Positions 26,892 to 40,097 of a DNA stretch of 64,000 bases are shown piece after piece. The stretch comes from Candidatus Omnitrophota bacterium (GTDB lineage Bacteria; Omnitrophota; Gorgyraeia; 2-01-FULL-45-10). The notes beneath the pieces are model-generated. The model saw only the letters and a list, made by a program, of their open reading frames with translations. It had not been told where the DNA came from and did not search any database. The stretch covers positions 6,485 through 70,484 of the forward strand of contig JAQUQN010000002.1 of assembly GCA_028716065.1 (NCBI GenBank), given 5' to 3'. Made by a program: the position numbers and the translations under genes. Each line of letters starts with the position of its first letter. Within the stretch, counting starts at the first letter, position 1.

Positions 26892-27773
26892 ATGATATCC
26901 TTATTAAAATTTAAGGACTGGATATTGAAATTCTTCTTAGAAGAGAACCCATCCGCCAGGGCGGCAGGTGAGCCGATAAAAGATGGCCTATCCGACAAAT
27001 TAAAAATAAGCGAAACGGAGGCGCGCATATTAAACTCGCTCATATCCGTCCTATTCAGCCCAACATTGTCTATGGGGTACACCCATCCGTTCAGAGAGAT
27101 AGATACCCGGTCTCTCGATAAACTCAAATCCTCCGGTTGTTATTCTTATATAGAAAATTTCGCCGCGAATTTCGGGCCCGGCTATTCCGAAGATGATATC
27201 TCCAAACTGCGTAAACTGGTTTCGGCTAAAGGCGCAGATCTTACAGACGAGCAGATCGGCGATCTGATCGCCCTCGAAAAGAGAAATCATCAATACAGCG
27301 ATTTCCGGAGGATCTTTTCGTCACATAATCCGCGTTCCGTAAAAGATACGATAAAGCTATTCTCGGCTGCCTTCTCTAAAGAGATCGGCTCACTGGAGAC
27401 CTATGGCGAGAGGGTCAGGCGTTTCGGCCTGCGCAAGGTCGTCATCTACAAAAAGGGGAGGAGTTTCCGGGCGGCGTTTGAGAGACTCGACAGATACGAG
27501 CTGGGCGGAGGCGAAGACCTCGGGTCGCTTCATATCGCAGACGACGAGGGAAGATACTATAACAGCATGGACAAGGTATATGACGAGATAAAGGAGATGG
27601 TCTGCCGGCTGTCATTTCTCAAGCGCCTGATATCCGAGTCAAAGATAGACTCAAAAGAGGCCCCGGCCAGGCGGCCAAACGATAATGAGCTGATCAAATT
27701 GATCATATCCTCGAGAAAAGAATCGGAAATGGAGGATTTCGAAAAAAGCCTTAAAAACGGAGGAAAGTTATGA
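26892..27773 (+). CDS. Hypothetical protein
   Basis: Long ORF with no recognisable motif. The ATG at 26892 lies 11 nt after a TTGCCA-N17-TATAAT promoter. ATGA overlap with the next gene. Confidence 0.5.
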   Translation: MISLLKFKDWILKFFLEENPSARAAGEPIKDGLSDKLKISETEARILNSLISVLFSPTLSMGYTHPFREIDTRSLDKLKSSGCYSYIENFAANFGPGYSEDDISKLRKLVSAKGADLTDEQIGDLIALEKRNHQYSDFRRIFSSHNPRSVKDTIKLFSAAFSKEIGSLETYGERVRRFGLRKVVIYKKGRSFRAAFERLDRYELGGGEDLGSLHIADDEGRYYNSMDKVYDEIKEMVCRLSFLKRLISESKIDSKEAPARRPNDNELIKLIISSRKESEMEDFEKSLKNGGKL

Positions 27774-28246
27774 GCGTATTCAATGCGGCCGAGATAATAG
27801 ACATGGGCATAGAAAAGGAAAAGAAGCGAAGGGACTTCTACGGGCTAGTAGCTGAAAAATTCACGGAAAAAGAGATGAAGGATCTCTTCACCCGCTTAAG
27901 AGATTGGGAAGATGAGCACATCAAAAAATTCAGCGAGATAAGACAGGGCGTTGAAGAGGACGATACCCATGAAACATATCCCGGGGAACTGGCGGATTAC
28001 ATGAAAGTACTGGTGGAGGACAGGCTCTATAAAGAGGCCTCGCCGTCCGAATTCGCCAAAAATGTAAAGACACCCATCGTGGCCATTCAATACGGAATGG
28101 CATTCGAAAGGGACGCGATATTGTTCTTCAGCGAGCTTCTGCCGGCCATGGGCCGGACCAACAGGGATTCCGTACAGAAGTTGATAGATGAAGAGAAGCA
28201 GCACTTGATCTATCTTTCCAAGTTAAAACAAAAATTCCAATCCTGA
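27770..28246 (+). CDS. Rubrerythrin/ferritin-like diiron-fold protein
   Basis: Four-helix pattern with paired E...ExxH motifs (WEDEHIKKF, DEEKQHLIYL). Confidence 0.6.
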   Translation: MSVFNAAEIIDMGIEKEKKRRDFYGLVAEKFTEKEMKDLFTRLRDWEDEHIKKFSEIRQGVEEDDTHETYPGELADYMKVLVEDRLYKEASPSEFAKNVKTPIVAIQYGMAFERDAILFFSELLPAMGRTNRDSVQKLIDEEKQHLIYLSKLKQKFQS

Positions 28247-28250
28247 CAGC

Positions 28251-29078
28251 ATGAAAATAAAACGGTTGGTTTTAATGCGCCAAATATCACAGACCGTTTT
28301 TTTCTTTTTATTTATCTACATCATCTGGTCGGCCACTTACCAATTAAAAGGGCCTCTGTCTCCCAGGTTAATTTTTGACGCCGATCCTCTCCTGACATTA
28401 TCCGCATCCATAGGCAGCCGCGTGATCATCCCCGGCATCTCATTGTCCCTCATCATCTTATTTATGACAGCTGTCCTCGGAAGATTCTTCTGCGGCTGGA
28501 TATGCCCCCTGGGTTCGACCATGGACCTGATCGCATCCTTTAAAAAAAGAAAGGCCGGTATTCCAGATTCGAAGAATAAAAAATTGAGAAGGCCGAAATT
28601 TTACATATTCGGCCTGATAGGCCTGTCGGCCGTGATGGGTACTCAGATAGCATGGTTGCTTGACCCGCTGGTGATCACAGAGCGTTTCCTGTCACTGACC
28701 ATCAGGTCCGCCTGCTCTTTACTGGGGAAGGGGGCTAATTTCTCGCCATACTCCATCATAACGCTTATATTCTTCGCGGTTATTTGCTCAATGGCGATAT
28801 TCTTAAGCCGTTTCTGGTGCCGGGCCATCTGCCCGTTAGGAGCGTTATATGCGGTCATGGCGCGTTTTTCCATATTAAGGCGTATTGTGGTGGAATGCAA
28901 GGATTGCGGCAACTGTAAAAGTTCGTGCAGGATGGGTGCTATAAAGGATGACGCCAGTTATGTAAAGTCAGAATGCATCCTTTGCATGGACTGTATCTAT
29001 GACTGCTCTTCCAACTCGACCAGCTTCGGCTGGGGCGATAAAAAGACCCGCAATTTTCTACTTGACAAAACACACTAA
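28251..29078 (+). CDS. Polytopic 4Fe-4S binding membrane protein (NapH/MauN-like)
   Basis: Repeated CxxxCP(L)G motifs (FCGWICPLG, FWCRAICPLG) plus two ferredoxin motifs (CKDCGNCKSSC, CILCMDCIYDC). Confidence 0.7.
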   Translation: MKIKRLVLMRQISQTVFFFLFIYIIWSATYQLKGPLSPRLIFDADPLLTLSASIGSRVIIPGISLSLIILFMTAVLGRFFCGWICPLGSTMDLIASFKKRKAGIPDSKNKKLRRPKFYIFGLIGLSAVMGTQIAWLLDPLVITERFLSLTIRSACSLLGKGANFSPYSIITLIFFAVICSMAIFLSRFWCRAICPLGALYAVMARFSILRRIVVECKDCGNCKSSCRMGAIKDDASYVKSECILCMDCIYDCSSNSTSFGWGDKKTRNFLLDKTH

Positions 29079-29090
29079 TGTTGCTATATT
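29062..29090 (+). promoter_or_regulatory. Sigma70-type promoter (TTGACA-N17-TATATT) for nfnAB-gdhA leader
   Basis: The -35 lies inside the 3' end of the upstream CDS. Followed by a leader terminator. Confidence 0.6.
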
Positions 29091-29119
29091 ATATCATCAA
29101 TATTATGTTAAAAGGGGAC

Positions 29120-29159
29120 AAAGACGTCCGCTAAAAAAAGCGGCGTCTTTTTTTATTTT
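29120..29159 (+). terminator. nfnAB-gdhA leader terminator
   Basis: AAAGACG-t-CCGC-taaaaaaa-GCGG-CGTCTTT (11 bp, one bulge), then TTTTATTTT. About 25 nt after the promoter -10. Confidence 0.75.
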
Positions 29160-29199
29160 CCAATGCATAAAAAATAGGCAACTGCCATTTCTTTAAAAA

Positions 29200-30026
29200 A
29201 TGAAGATACTGAAAAAAGAGATACTTGCCGATCACGAAGGGACGAGGCTGGTTAGGATGGAGCTCCACTCCCCGCTAATTGCCAAAAAGGCGTCAGCGGG
29301 CCAATTTGTCGTCCTCATGGCCGATGAGAAAGGCGAGAGGATACCTCTTACCATAGTTGAGGCCGACAGGGAAAAGGGGTCCATAGCCATCATCTTCCAG
29401 GAGGTGGGCCATACTACAAAACTCCTGGGAAAGATGGAAGCGGGCAAATCGCTATATTCCTTAACGGGGCCCCTGGGACATGCGACAGAGATAAGGAAAT
29501 TCGGGAAGGTTATCCTCGTGGGAGGAGGGGTCGGCATAGCAGAGATTTACCCCGTGGCAAGGGCCTTAAAAGCAAGCGGCAACCGTGTCGTGACCATACT
29601 CGGCGCCAGGACAAAAGCGTTATTAATACTGGAAAAAGAGCTCAAAGAGACATCCGATGAAATCTACATAACTACCGATGACGGATCTTACGGGTTAAAG
29701 GGTTTCACGACATCGGTACTGGAGGGCCTCCTCTCTAAAGGAAATTACGATCTCGTCTATTCAGTAGGTCCTATTCCAATGATGAAGAACTCTTCTTCAG
29801 TGACCAGGCGTTTTAATGTCAGGACGCTCGTCTCGCTGAATGCCCTGATGGTGGACGCAACGGGCATGTGCGGGTGCTGCAGGGTCGCAGTCGGGGGTAA
29901 GGTAAAGTTCAGCTGCGTTGACGGGCCGGAATTTGACGCGCACCAGGTCGACTGGGAGGAACTGGATAAGAGAAACAGGGTATACACGGACAAAGAAAAA
30001 CATATCTGCAAACTGAATAATTTAAA

Positions 30027-30030
<4 letters not shown>
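29200..30030 (+). CDS. nfnA: NfnA / SudB-type ferredoxin-NADP+ oxidoreductase subunit alpha (FAD, 2Fe-2S)
   Basis: PyrK-like fold with DATGMCGCCRV...FSCVDGPEF. Overlaps the nfnB start by 4 nt. Confidence 0.8.
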
Positions 30031-32800
<2,770 letters not shown>

Positions 32801-32823
32801 CGGAGGGCGGTAAAAAATAATAC

Positions 32824-32852
32824 TTGACAAAATAGACAAATCGTGGTATAAA
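32824..32852 (+). promoter_or_regulatory. Sigma70-type promoter (TTGACA-N17-TATAAA, TGn) for GAF-ANTAR-2 leader
   Basis: Lies 24 nt after the gdhA stop. Followed by three terminators. Confidence 0.6.
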
Positions 32853-32869
32853 TAGTTGATTAAAAATTA

Positions 32870-32886
32870 GGCACAAAGTCAGTGCC
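32870..32886 (+). promoter_or_regulatory. Leader hairpin GGCAC-AAAGTCA-GTGCC (GAF-ANTAR-2 leader)
   Basis: Same stem as 18968-18983 and a related loop (AGT-A). Preceded by TTA (TAGGCA word). Confidence 0.5.
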
Positions 32887-32902
32887 ATAATGAGAAAGGA
32901 CG

Positions 32903-32933
32903 AAGGCGTTCGAAAGAACGCCTTTCTCTTTTT
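32903..32933 (+). terminator. GAF-ANTAR-2 leader terminator 1 (may also end the gdhA transcript)
   Basis: AAGGCGTTC-GAAA-GAACGCCTT then TCTCTTTTT. The 5' arm carries ACGAAGGCGTT. Confidence 0.65.
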
Positions 32934-32973
32934 AGACAACCTTTCTCTTTCAACGCGGAAAACCTGGATAAAG

Positions 32974-33018
32974 ACGTCCGATCTGGCAGTATCATAATGC
33001 CGGAGAGGGCGTTTTTTT
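32974..33018 (+). terminator. GAF-ANTAR-2 leader terminator 2
   Basis: ACGTCCGATCTGGC / GCCGGAGAGGGCGT (12 pairs including two G.U, tandem G-A internal loop), then TTTTTTT. The 5' arm carries AAAGACGTCCG. Confidence 0.7.
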
Positions 33019-33025
33019 ATGAACG

Positions 33026-33070
33026 AAGGCGTTCTGTGCCGATAAACGGCGCATTGCGCCTTATTTTTTT
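33026..33070 (+). terminator. GAF-ANTAR-2 leader terminator 3
   Basis: Outer AAGGCG/CGCCTT plus inner TGTGCCG-ataaa-CGGCGCA, then TTATTTTTTT. The 5' arm carries ACGAAGGCGTT. Ends 10 nt before ATG 33081. Confidence 0.7.
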
Positions 33071-33080
33071 AGGTGACGCC

Positions 33081-33776
33081 ATGTCATACGAAGAACAGAT
33101 AAAGGCATTATCACGGATAAGCAGGGCCATAGCATCCGATCAATACCTGGAAGATATCCTACGCCTCATAGTCACGGTAACCGCGGAGATGATGGGTTCG
33201 AACATATGTTCGCTCATGCTGCTGGATGAGAACAGGAATGAGCTCATCATAAGGGCGACTCAAAGCGTAAGCGATGCATACAATAAAAAACCACCAGTAA
33301 AAATAGGCGAAGGCATAGCAGGCAAGGTATTCAAGGAGAAGGTGCCGGTAAAGGTCCTTGACGTGCGCAAAGATAAAAATTACATAAGCAGGAGCATAGC
33401 GAAGAAAGAAGGGCTGTGCTCGCTCCTGTGTGTACCCCTGATAGTCAAGAATAAGGCCATAGGGGTCCTAAATTGCTACACATCGAAACCCCGCGATTTC
33501 AGCGAGACGGAGACGAATATCCTGGCGACCATCGCCAATCAGGCGGCGGTAGCCATAGAGAATACGGAATTGATGGTCAGGAGCAAGGTCATACAGGAAG
33601 AGCTGGAGGTACGTAAGAAGATAGAACGCGCCAAGGGCATCATAATGAAGAGGGAGGGATTGAAAGAGGAAGAGGCCTATTTAAAACTCAGGAAATACAG
33701 TATGGATAGCCGTAAGACGATGCGCGAAATAGCGGATGCCATCATTCTTACGGAGGATTTAAGCAAGAAATTATAA
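33081..33776 (+). CDS. GAF-ANTAR RNA-binding antiterminator-type regulator (paralog 2)
   Basis: Roughly 55% identical by eye to 12567-13280. ANTAR signature ERAKGIIMKREGLKEEEAYLKLRKYSMDSRKTMREIADAI. Start at ATG 33081, downstream of the leader terminators. Confidence 0.85.
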   Translation: MSYEEQIKALSRISRAIASDQYLEDILRLIVTVTAEMMGSNICSLMLLDENRNELIIRATQSVSDAYNKKPPVKIGEGIAGKVFKEKVPVKVLDVRKDKNYISRSIAKKEGLCSLLCVPLIVKNKAIGVLNCYTSKPRDFSETETNILATIANQAAVAIENTELMVRSKVIQEELEVRKKIERAKGIIMKREGLKEEEAYLKLRKYSMDSRKTMREIADAIILTEDLSKKL

Positions 33777-33800
33777 TCAACAAAAAGAAAGGAGTCAGAC

Positions 33801-35393
33801 ATGAATTTGTTGAGGCCAAATGGTAATGATGCAACAAAGACCTTCAACAGGTCCAAAAACGTGGTGCCCGGTTCGGGCATATGTTCAAGGTGCATAGACG
33901 GATGTAAGGGTAATTGTGAAATATTCAAGTCGTCATTCAGAGGCCGTGAGGTCATCTATCCCGGCCCATTCGGCGATGTAACGGCCGGTGGAGACAAGGA
34001 TTACCCCGTGGACTATTCACACCTCAATATCCAGGGATATGCCCAGGGGGCAAAGGGCCTGCCCAACGGCACCGAAGGAAACCCGGATACGGCCACGTTT
34101 CCGGCAGTCGACGTCGGAACGGAATACGGATGGGATAAGAAGGTCAAGATGCAGCTGCCCATCTTTACGGGGGCGCTGGGTTCCACAGAAGTGGCGCGAA
34201 AGAACTGGGAGCATTTCGCTATAGGTGCGGCGATATCCGGTATAACGATAGTCTGCGGTGAGAACGTCTGCGGGATAGACCCGAAGCTTGAGCTCGACTC
34301 CAAGGGTAAGATCGTAAGCGCTCCTGACATGGACAGGCGCATAGAGACCTACAAAAAGTTCCATAACGGCTTTGGGGAGATCCTCGTGCAGATGAACGTG
34401 GAAGATACGCGGCTGGGCGTAGCCGAATATATCCGCAAGAAACATAAGCTCGACACGATAGAGCTGAAATGGGGGCAGGGCGCAAAGTGTATAGGCGGAG
34501 AGATAAAGGTCTCCAGCATTGAACGCGCCAAGGAATTGAAGAGGCGCGGATACATAGTCACTCCCGACCCGACGGTCCATGCTAATGAACAAGCATTTAA
34601 GGATGGCGCCATAAAAGAATTCGAAAGGCATTCAAGGCTCGGTTTCGTCTCGGAAGAATCTTTCATGAAAGAGGTCAAACGTCTTCGCGACCTCGGTTTC
34701 AAGAGGATTACGGTAAAGACCGGGGCATATTCCATGGTAGAGCTGGCGCAGGCCATACGGTATTCCGCGAACGCCAAGATAGATCTCTTGACCATAGACG
34801 GCGCGCCGGGCGGGACCGGGATGAGCCCGTGGCGCATGATGGAAGAGTGGGGCATACCGACATTCTACCTGCAGGCGTTGACGTACCAGTTCTGCGAGAA
34901 GCTGAGAAAAAAGAAGATAAGGGTCCCGGATATAGCCATCGCGGGAGGATTTTCGCTGGAAGACCATGTCTTTAAAGCGATAGCGATGGGCGCGCCGTAC
35001 GTGAAGGCGGTCTGCATGGGACGCGCGCTGATGATACCCGGTTTCGTGGGAAAGAACATCGGAGAATGGATAAAAGAAGGCAAACTGCCTCCGACCATAT
35101 CTGAATTCGGGACAAAACCTGAAGAGATATTCGTATGTTACGAAGAGCTGGTGGACCGGTTCGGCAAGGAGATGAAGAATATATCCCTAGGTGCCGTAGG
35201 TATTTACAGCTTCGCCCAGAGGGTCAAGGTCGGACTGCAGCAGCTCATGGCCGGCTCGAGGAACTTCAGGCTCAATACGATCTCCAGGAACGACCTCATG
35301 AGCCTGACGGAAGAGGCCGCCAAAATATCAGGCATTCCATACGTCATGGACGCGTATCGTAAAGAGGCAGAGGCGATCATCGACGGCAAATAA
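33801..35393 (+). CDS. FMN-binding glutamate-synthase-related protein (GltB domain-2 only) with N-terminal Cys cluster
   Basis: 530 aa. CSRCIDGCKGNC near the N-terminus, and a TIM-barrel FMN region (IELKWGQGAK...TIDGAPGGTG). Confidence 0.8.
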   Translation: MNLLRPNGNDATKTFNRSKNVVPGSGICSRCIDGCKGNCEIFKSSFRGREVIYPGPFGDVTAGGDKDYPVDYSHLNIQGYAQGAKGLPNGTEGNPDTATFPAVDVGTEYGWDKKVKMQLPIFTGALGSTEVARKNWEHFAIGAAISGITIVCGENVCGIDPKLELDSKGKIVSAPDMDRRIETYKKFHNGFGEILVQMNVEDTRLGVAEYIRKKHKLDTIELKWGQGAKCIGGEIKVSSIERAKELKRRGYIVTPDPTVHANEQAFKDGAIKEFERHSRLGFVSEESFMKEVKRLRDLGFKRITVKTGAYSMVELAQAIRYSANAKIDLLTIDGAPGGTGMSPWRMMEEWGIPTFYLQALTYQFCEKLRKKKIRVPDIAIAGGFSLEDHVFKAIAMGAPYVKAVCMGRALMIPGFVGKNIGEWIKEGKLPPTISEFGTKPEEIFVCYEELVDRFGKEMKNISLGAVGIYSFAQRVKVGLQQLMAGSRNFRLNTISRNDLMSLTEEAAKISGIPYVMDAYRKEAEAIIDGK

Positions 35394-35404
35394 AGGAGGT
35401 CTAT

Positions 35405-35542
35405 ATGAAAAAGAAAGGGTTGTGTTCCAACTGCTCCAATCACGGCAACTGTATCTTCTTGAAAGAGCCTCCTGTGTTGCAATGCGAGGAATATACGTTT
35501 CTACAGCCTAAGGCCGCGAAAGAGAAGAGAGCTCGCCGATAA
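35405..35542 (+). CDS. Small Cys-rich protein (45 aa; below ORF-track cutoff)
   Basis: RBS aaaggagg 6 nt upstream. Sequence MKKKGLCSNCSNHGNCIFLKEPPVLQCEEY... has a CxxCx5C...C pattern. Lies 11 nt after the GltB-like gene. Confidence 0.35.
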   Translation: MKKKGLCSNCSNHGNCIFLKEPPVLQCEEYTFLQPKAAKEKRARR

Positions 35543-35556
35543 GAGCCCGTAACGGT

Positions 35557-35584
35557 TTGACATATTAAAAAAATGTGATATACT
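35557..35584 (+). promoter_or_regulatory. Sigma70-type promoter (TTGACA-N16-TATACT, TGn) for pyrG-carA-carB(N-half)
   Basis: Exact -35 and extended -10 TGa. Confidence 0.6.
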
Positions 35585-35619
35585 GTTCGAGTAGCTCAGA
35601 GCGGATCTACTATAAAAAC

Positions 35620-37294
<1,675 letters not shown>

Positions 37295-37295
37295 C

Positions 37296-38375
37296 ATGAA
37301 AGCGATACTGGCCCTGGAAGACGGAAAAATATTTAAAGGAGATTCCTTCGGAGCGGAAGGCGAAACCTTCGGGGAGGTCGTCTTCAACACGAGCATGGCG
37401 GGCTATCAGGAGATAGTGACCGACCCCTCCTACAAGGGGCAGATCGTGACGATGACCTATCCGTTGATAGGCAATTATGGTGTCAACGCAGAGGACGCGG
37501 AATCATGCAGGCCATTTGCCGAGGCTCTCGTCGTAAAAGAATATTCCAAGGTTGCCTCAAGCTGGCGCAGCCAGAAGTCCCTCGGCGATTATCTCAAGGA
37601 GAATAAAATATTGGGCATAGAAGATATCGATACCCGACAGCTGACCCTTCATATACGAGAGGCCGGGGCGATGAAAGCAGTTCTATCCACCGTCGATTTC
37701 GATGAAGCAAATCTCGTGAGGAAGGCCAAGAAATCTCCCGGACTTATAGGCATAGACCTGGTAAAAGATGTCTCTTCACAAAAGAGACGCGTATGGAACA
37801 CGGAAGGGCGCTACAAGGTAGTTGTTTTGGACTGCGGAGTGAAATTTAATATCTTAAGAGAACTTGCCAAGCGTGACTGCGCCGTTACGGTACTACCGGC
37901 AAGCGCATCCGCTGAAGAGATATTATCACTCAAGCCAAATGGCATATTGTTATCGAATGGTCCGGGGGACCCGGCCGCTGTTCCATATGTCGTCGAGACG
38001 GCCCGGGATCTACTGGGAAAGGTTCCTATATTCGGAATATGCCTGGGCCATCAGATGCTGGGGCAGGCCTTCGGCGGCAAGACATATAAACTCAAATTCG
38101 GCCACCATGGCGGCAACCATCCCGTAAAGGACCTAAAGACAGACAAGGTGGCAATAACGGTTCAAAATCACGGTTTTTGCGTAGACATAGATACCTTGAA
38201 CAAGAAAGAGATCGAGATAACACACATAAATCTGAACGACAAAACACTGGAAGGAATGAGGCATAAGAGACTGCCTGTATTCTCCGTGCAGTTTCATCCG
38301 GAATCTTCGCCGGGCCCCCATGACTCCGAATACCTTTTTTGCAATTTTGTGGAGATGATGAAACGCCATGCCTAA
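37296..38375 (+). CDS. carA: Carbamoyl-phosphate synthase small (glutaminase) subunit, catalytically intact copy
   Basis: Canonical triad context GICLGHQ and [15 protein letters not shown]. Starts 1 nt after the pyrG stop. Confidence 0.9.
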   Translation: MKAILALEDGKIFKGDSFGAEGETFGEVVFNTSMAGYQEIVTDPSYKGQIVTMTYPLIGNYGVNAEDAESCRPFAEALVVKEYSKVASSWRSQKSLGDYLKENKILGIEDIDTRQLTLHIREAGAMKAVLSTVDFDEANLVRKAKKSPGLIGIDLVKDVSSQKRRVWNTEGRYKVVVLDCGVKFNILRELAKRDCAVTVLPASASAEEILSLKPNGILLSNGPGDPAAVPYVVETARDLLGKVPIFGICLGHQMLGQAFGGKTYKLKFGHHGGNHPVKDLKTDKVAITVQNHGFCVDIDTLNKKEIEITHINLNDKTLEGMRHKRLPVFSVQFHPESSPGPHDSEYLFCNFVEMMKRHA

Positions 38376-40035
38376 GCGAAAGGACATAAAAAAGATACTG
38401 ATCATAGGCTCGGGGCCTATCGTGATAGGCCAGGCATGCGAGTTTGACTATTCCGGATCTCAGGCGTGCAAGGTCCTGAGGCAGGAAGGTTACAAAGTGA
38501 TCCTTGTAAATTCAAATCCCGCCACTATAATGACCGATCCGGAGATGGCGGATAAAACCTACATAGAACCCATAGATGTAGATACCGTCGGAAGGATAAT
38601 CGCAAAGGAGAGACCCGACGCGTTGCTTCCCACGCTAGGGGGACAGACCGCATTGAACACTGCTGTAGGACTTGCCGAGGCGGGTATATTAAAAAAATAT
38701 AAGGTGGAGACGATAGGCGCCAATATAAAAGCGATCAAGAAGGCTGAGGACAGGCGGCTCTTTAAGGAGGCGATGCAGAAGATAGGGCTTGATCTGCCGG
38801 AGAGCGGCAAGGCTTATAACATGAAAGAGGCTTTTGAAACTGCGGAGAAGATAGGGTTTCCCGTCATCATAAGACCGAGCTTTACCCTGGGAGGAAAAGG
38901 CGGGAGCGTCGCATATAATAAAGAGGATTTTAAAGAGCTTGCGAAAATAGGCATTGAATCCAGCATGATAAGCGAGATATTGATAGAGGAATCTGTTATG
39001 GGATGGAAGGAGTTCGAGCTCGAAGTCATGAGGGACGTCAAGGACAATGTAGTAATAATATGTTCTATCGAAAATCTGGATCCTATGGGGATCCACACAG
39101 GGGACAGCATAACGGTCGCGCCCGCCCAGACACTGACCGATAGAGAATACCAGAAGATGAGAGACGCCTCGATAGCATGTATAAGAGAGATAGGGGTTGA
39201 AACCGGCGGATCCAATATACAGTTTGCCGTGAACCCCAAAACGGGCAGGATGGTAGTTATAGAGATGAACCCCAGGGTATCGAGAAGTTCTGCCCTGGCC
39301 TCCAAGGCGACCGGATTTCCGATAGCCAAGATAGCTGCCAAACTGGCGGTCGGTTATACGCTGGATGAAATACCGAACGATATCACGAAGGAGACGCCTG
39401 CATGTTTTGAGCCGGCCATCGACTATTGCGTCGTCAAGATACCGAGGTTTACATTCGAAAAGTTCGCCACGGCAGACCCAACATTGACAATATCGATGAA
39501 ATCCGTGGGAGAGGCGATGGCAATTGGCAGGACTTTCAAGGAAGCGCTACAGAAAGGCCTGCGTTCACTAGAGATTAAAAAATCAGGCCTCGACACCATC
39601 ATCTTTAAGGGGCACGTCGACGATATAAACGCCGATGAGGAGACGAGGGATGAAATCTGTCAAAAGGTTATAATACCAAACTCGGAAAGGATATTTTATA
39701 TCGGCGACGCCCTGAGGGCCGGTATCGATGCCGAAAAGATATGCGAGCTTTCCGGAATAGACCCTTGGTTCATACATAATATCAAAGAAATTATAATCGC
39801 GGAAAAAGAGATCATCTCGGGAAAGGATAAGATGACCGCTGAACTGTTGGCCAAGGCAAAACGGCTGGGTTTCAGTGATATTCAGATCGCCTGCCTGACA
39901 GGCACCAAGGAGAAAGCTATACGCGCCTTAAGAAAAAAATTCGGGATAAATCCTTCCTTCAAGCTCGTCGATACCTGCGCCGCTGAGTTCAGGGCCCACA
40001 CCCCATACTATTACTCAACGTACGATCATCAATAA
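38368..40035 (+). CDS. carB: Half-size CarB: N-terminal (carboxyphosphate) ATP-grasp plus oligomerisation domain only, 555 aa
   Basis: Collinear with residues 1-555 of the full-length carB at 46593. ATP-grasp motifs are intact. Ends ...[18 protein letters not shown], exactly at the half boundary. 8-nt overlap with carA. Confidence 0.85.
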   Translation: MPKRKDIKKILIIGSGPIVIGQACEFDYSGSQACKVLRQEGYKVILVNSNPATIMTDPEMADKTYIEPIDVDTVGRIIAKERPDALLPTLGGQTALNTAVGLAEAGILKKYKVETIGANIKAIKKAEDRRLFKEAMQKIGLDLPESGKAYNMKEAFETAEKIGFPVIIRPSFTLGGKGGSVAYNKEDFKELAKIGIESSMISEILIEESVMGWKEFELEVMRDVKDNVVIICSIENLDPMGIHTGDSITVAPAQTLTDREYQKMRDASIACIREIGVETGGSNIQFAVNPKTGRMVVIEMNPRVSRSSALASKATGFPIAKIAAKLAVGYTLDEIPNDITKETPACFEPAIDYCVVKIPRFTFEKFATADPTLTISMKSVGEAMAIGRTFKEALQKGLRSLEIKKSGLDTIIFKGHVDDINADEETRDEICQKVIIPNSERIFYIGDALRAGIDAEKICELSGIDPWFIHNIKEIIIAEKEIISGKDKMTAELLAKAKRLGFSDIQIACLTGTKEKAIRALRKKFGINPSFKLVDTCAAEFRAHTPYYYSTYDHQ

Positions 40036-40097
40036 TTTCCATTGCATCATAACCACTTTCATTATAGAATAATCCTATAAAATCCAAGAGGTGAGAC

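Noticed and set aside
32997-33080. Longer N-terminus for GAF-ANTAR-2 (ORF-track start 32997).
   Set aside because: The extension would be translated through terminators T2 and T3 and has no RBS. Paralog 1 aligns from the Met at 33081.
35592-35611. tRNA-like fragment (GTAGCTCAGAGCGGATCTAC) in the pyrG leader.
   Set aside because: Only a D-arm-like string is present. There are no acceptor, anticodon or T arms. It is a small 4-bp hairpin.
38368-40035. Half-length carB as a truncated pseudogene.
   Set aside because: The ORF ends exactly at the inter-half domain boundary. All ATP-grasp motifs are intact. It keeps the overlapping-start coupling with an intact carA, and no degraded C-half sequence follows. 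It is treated as a bona fide short gene, although its function is unproven.
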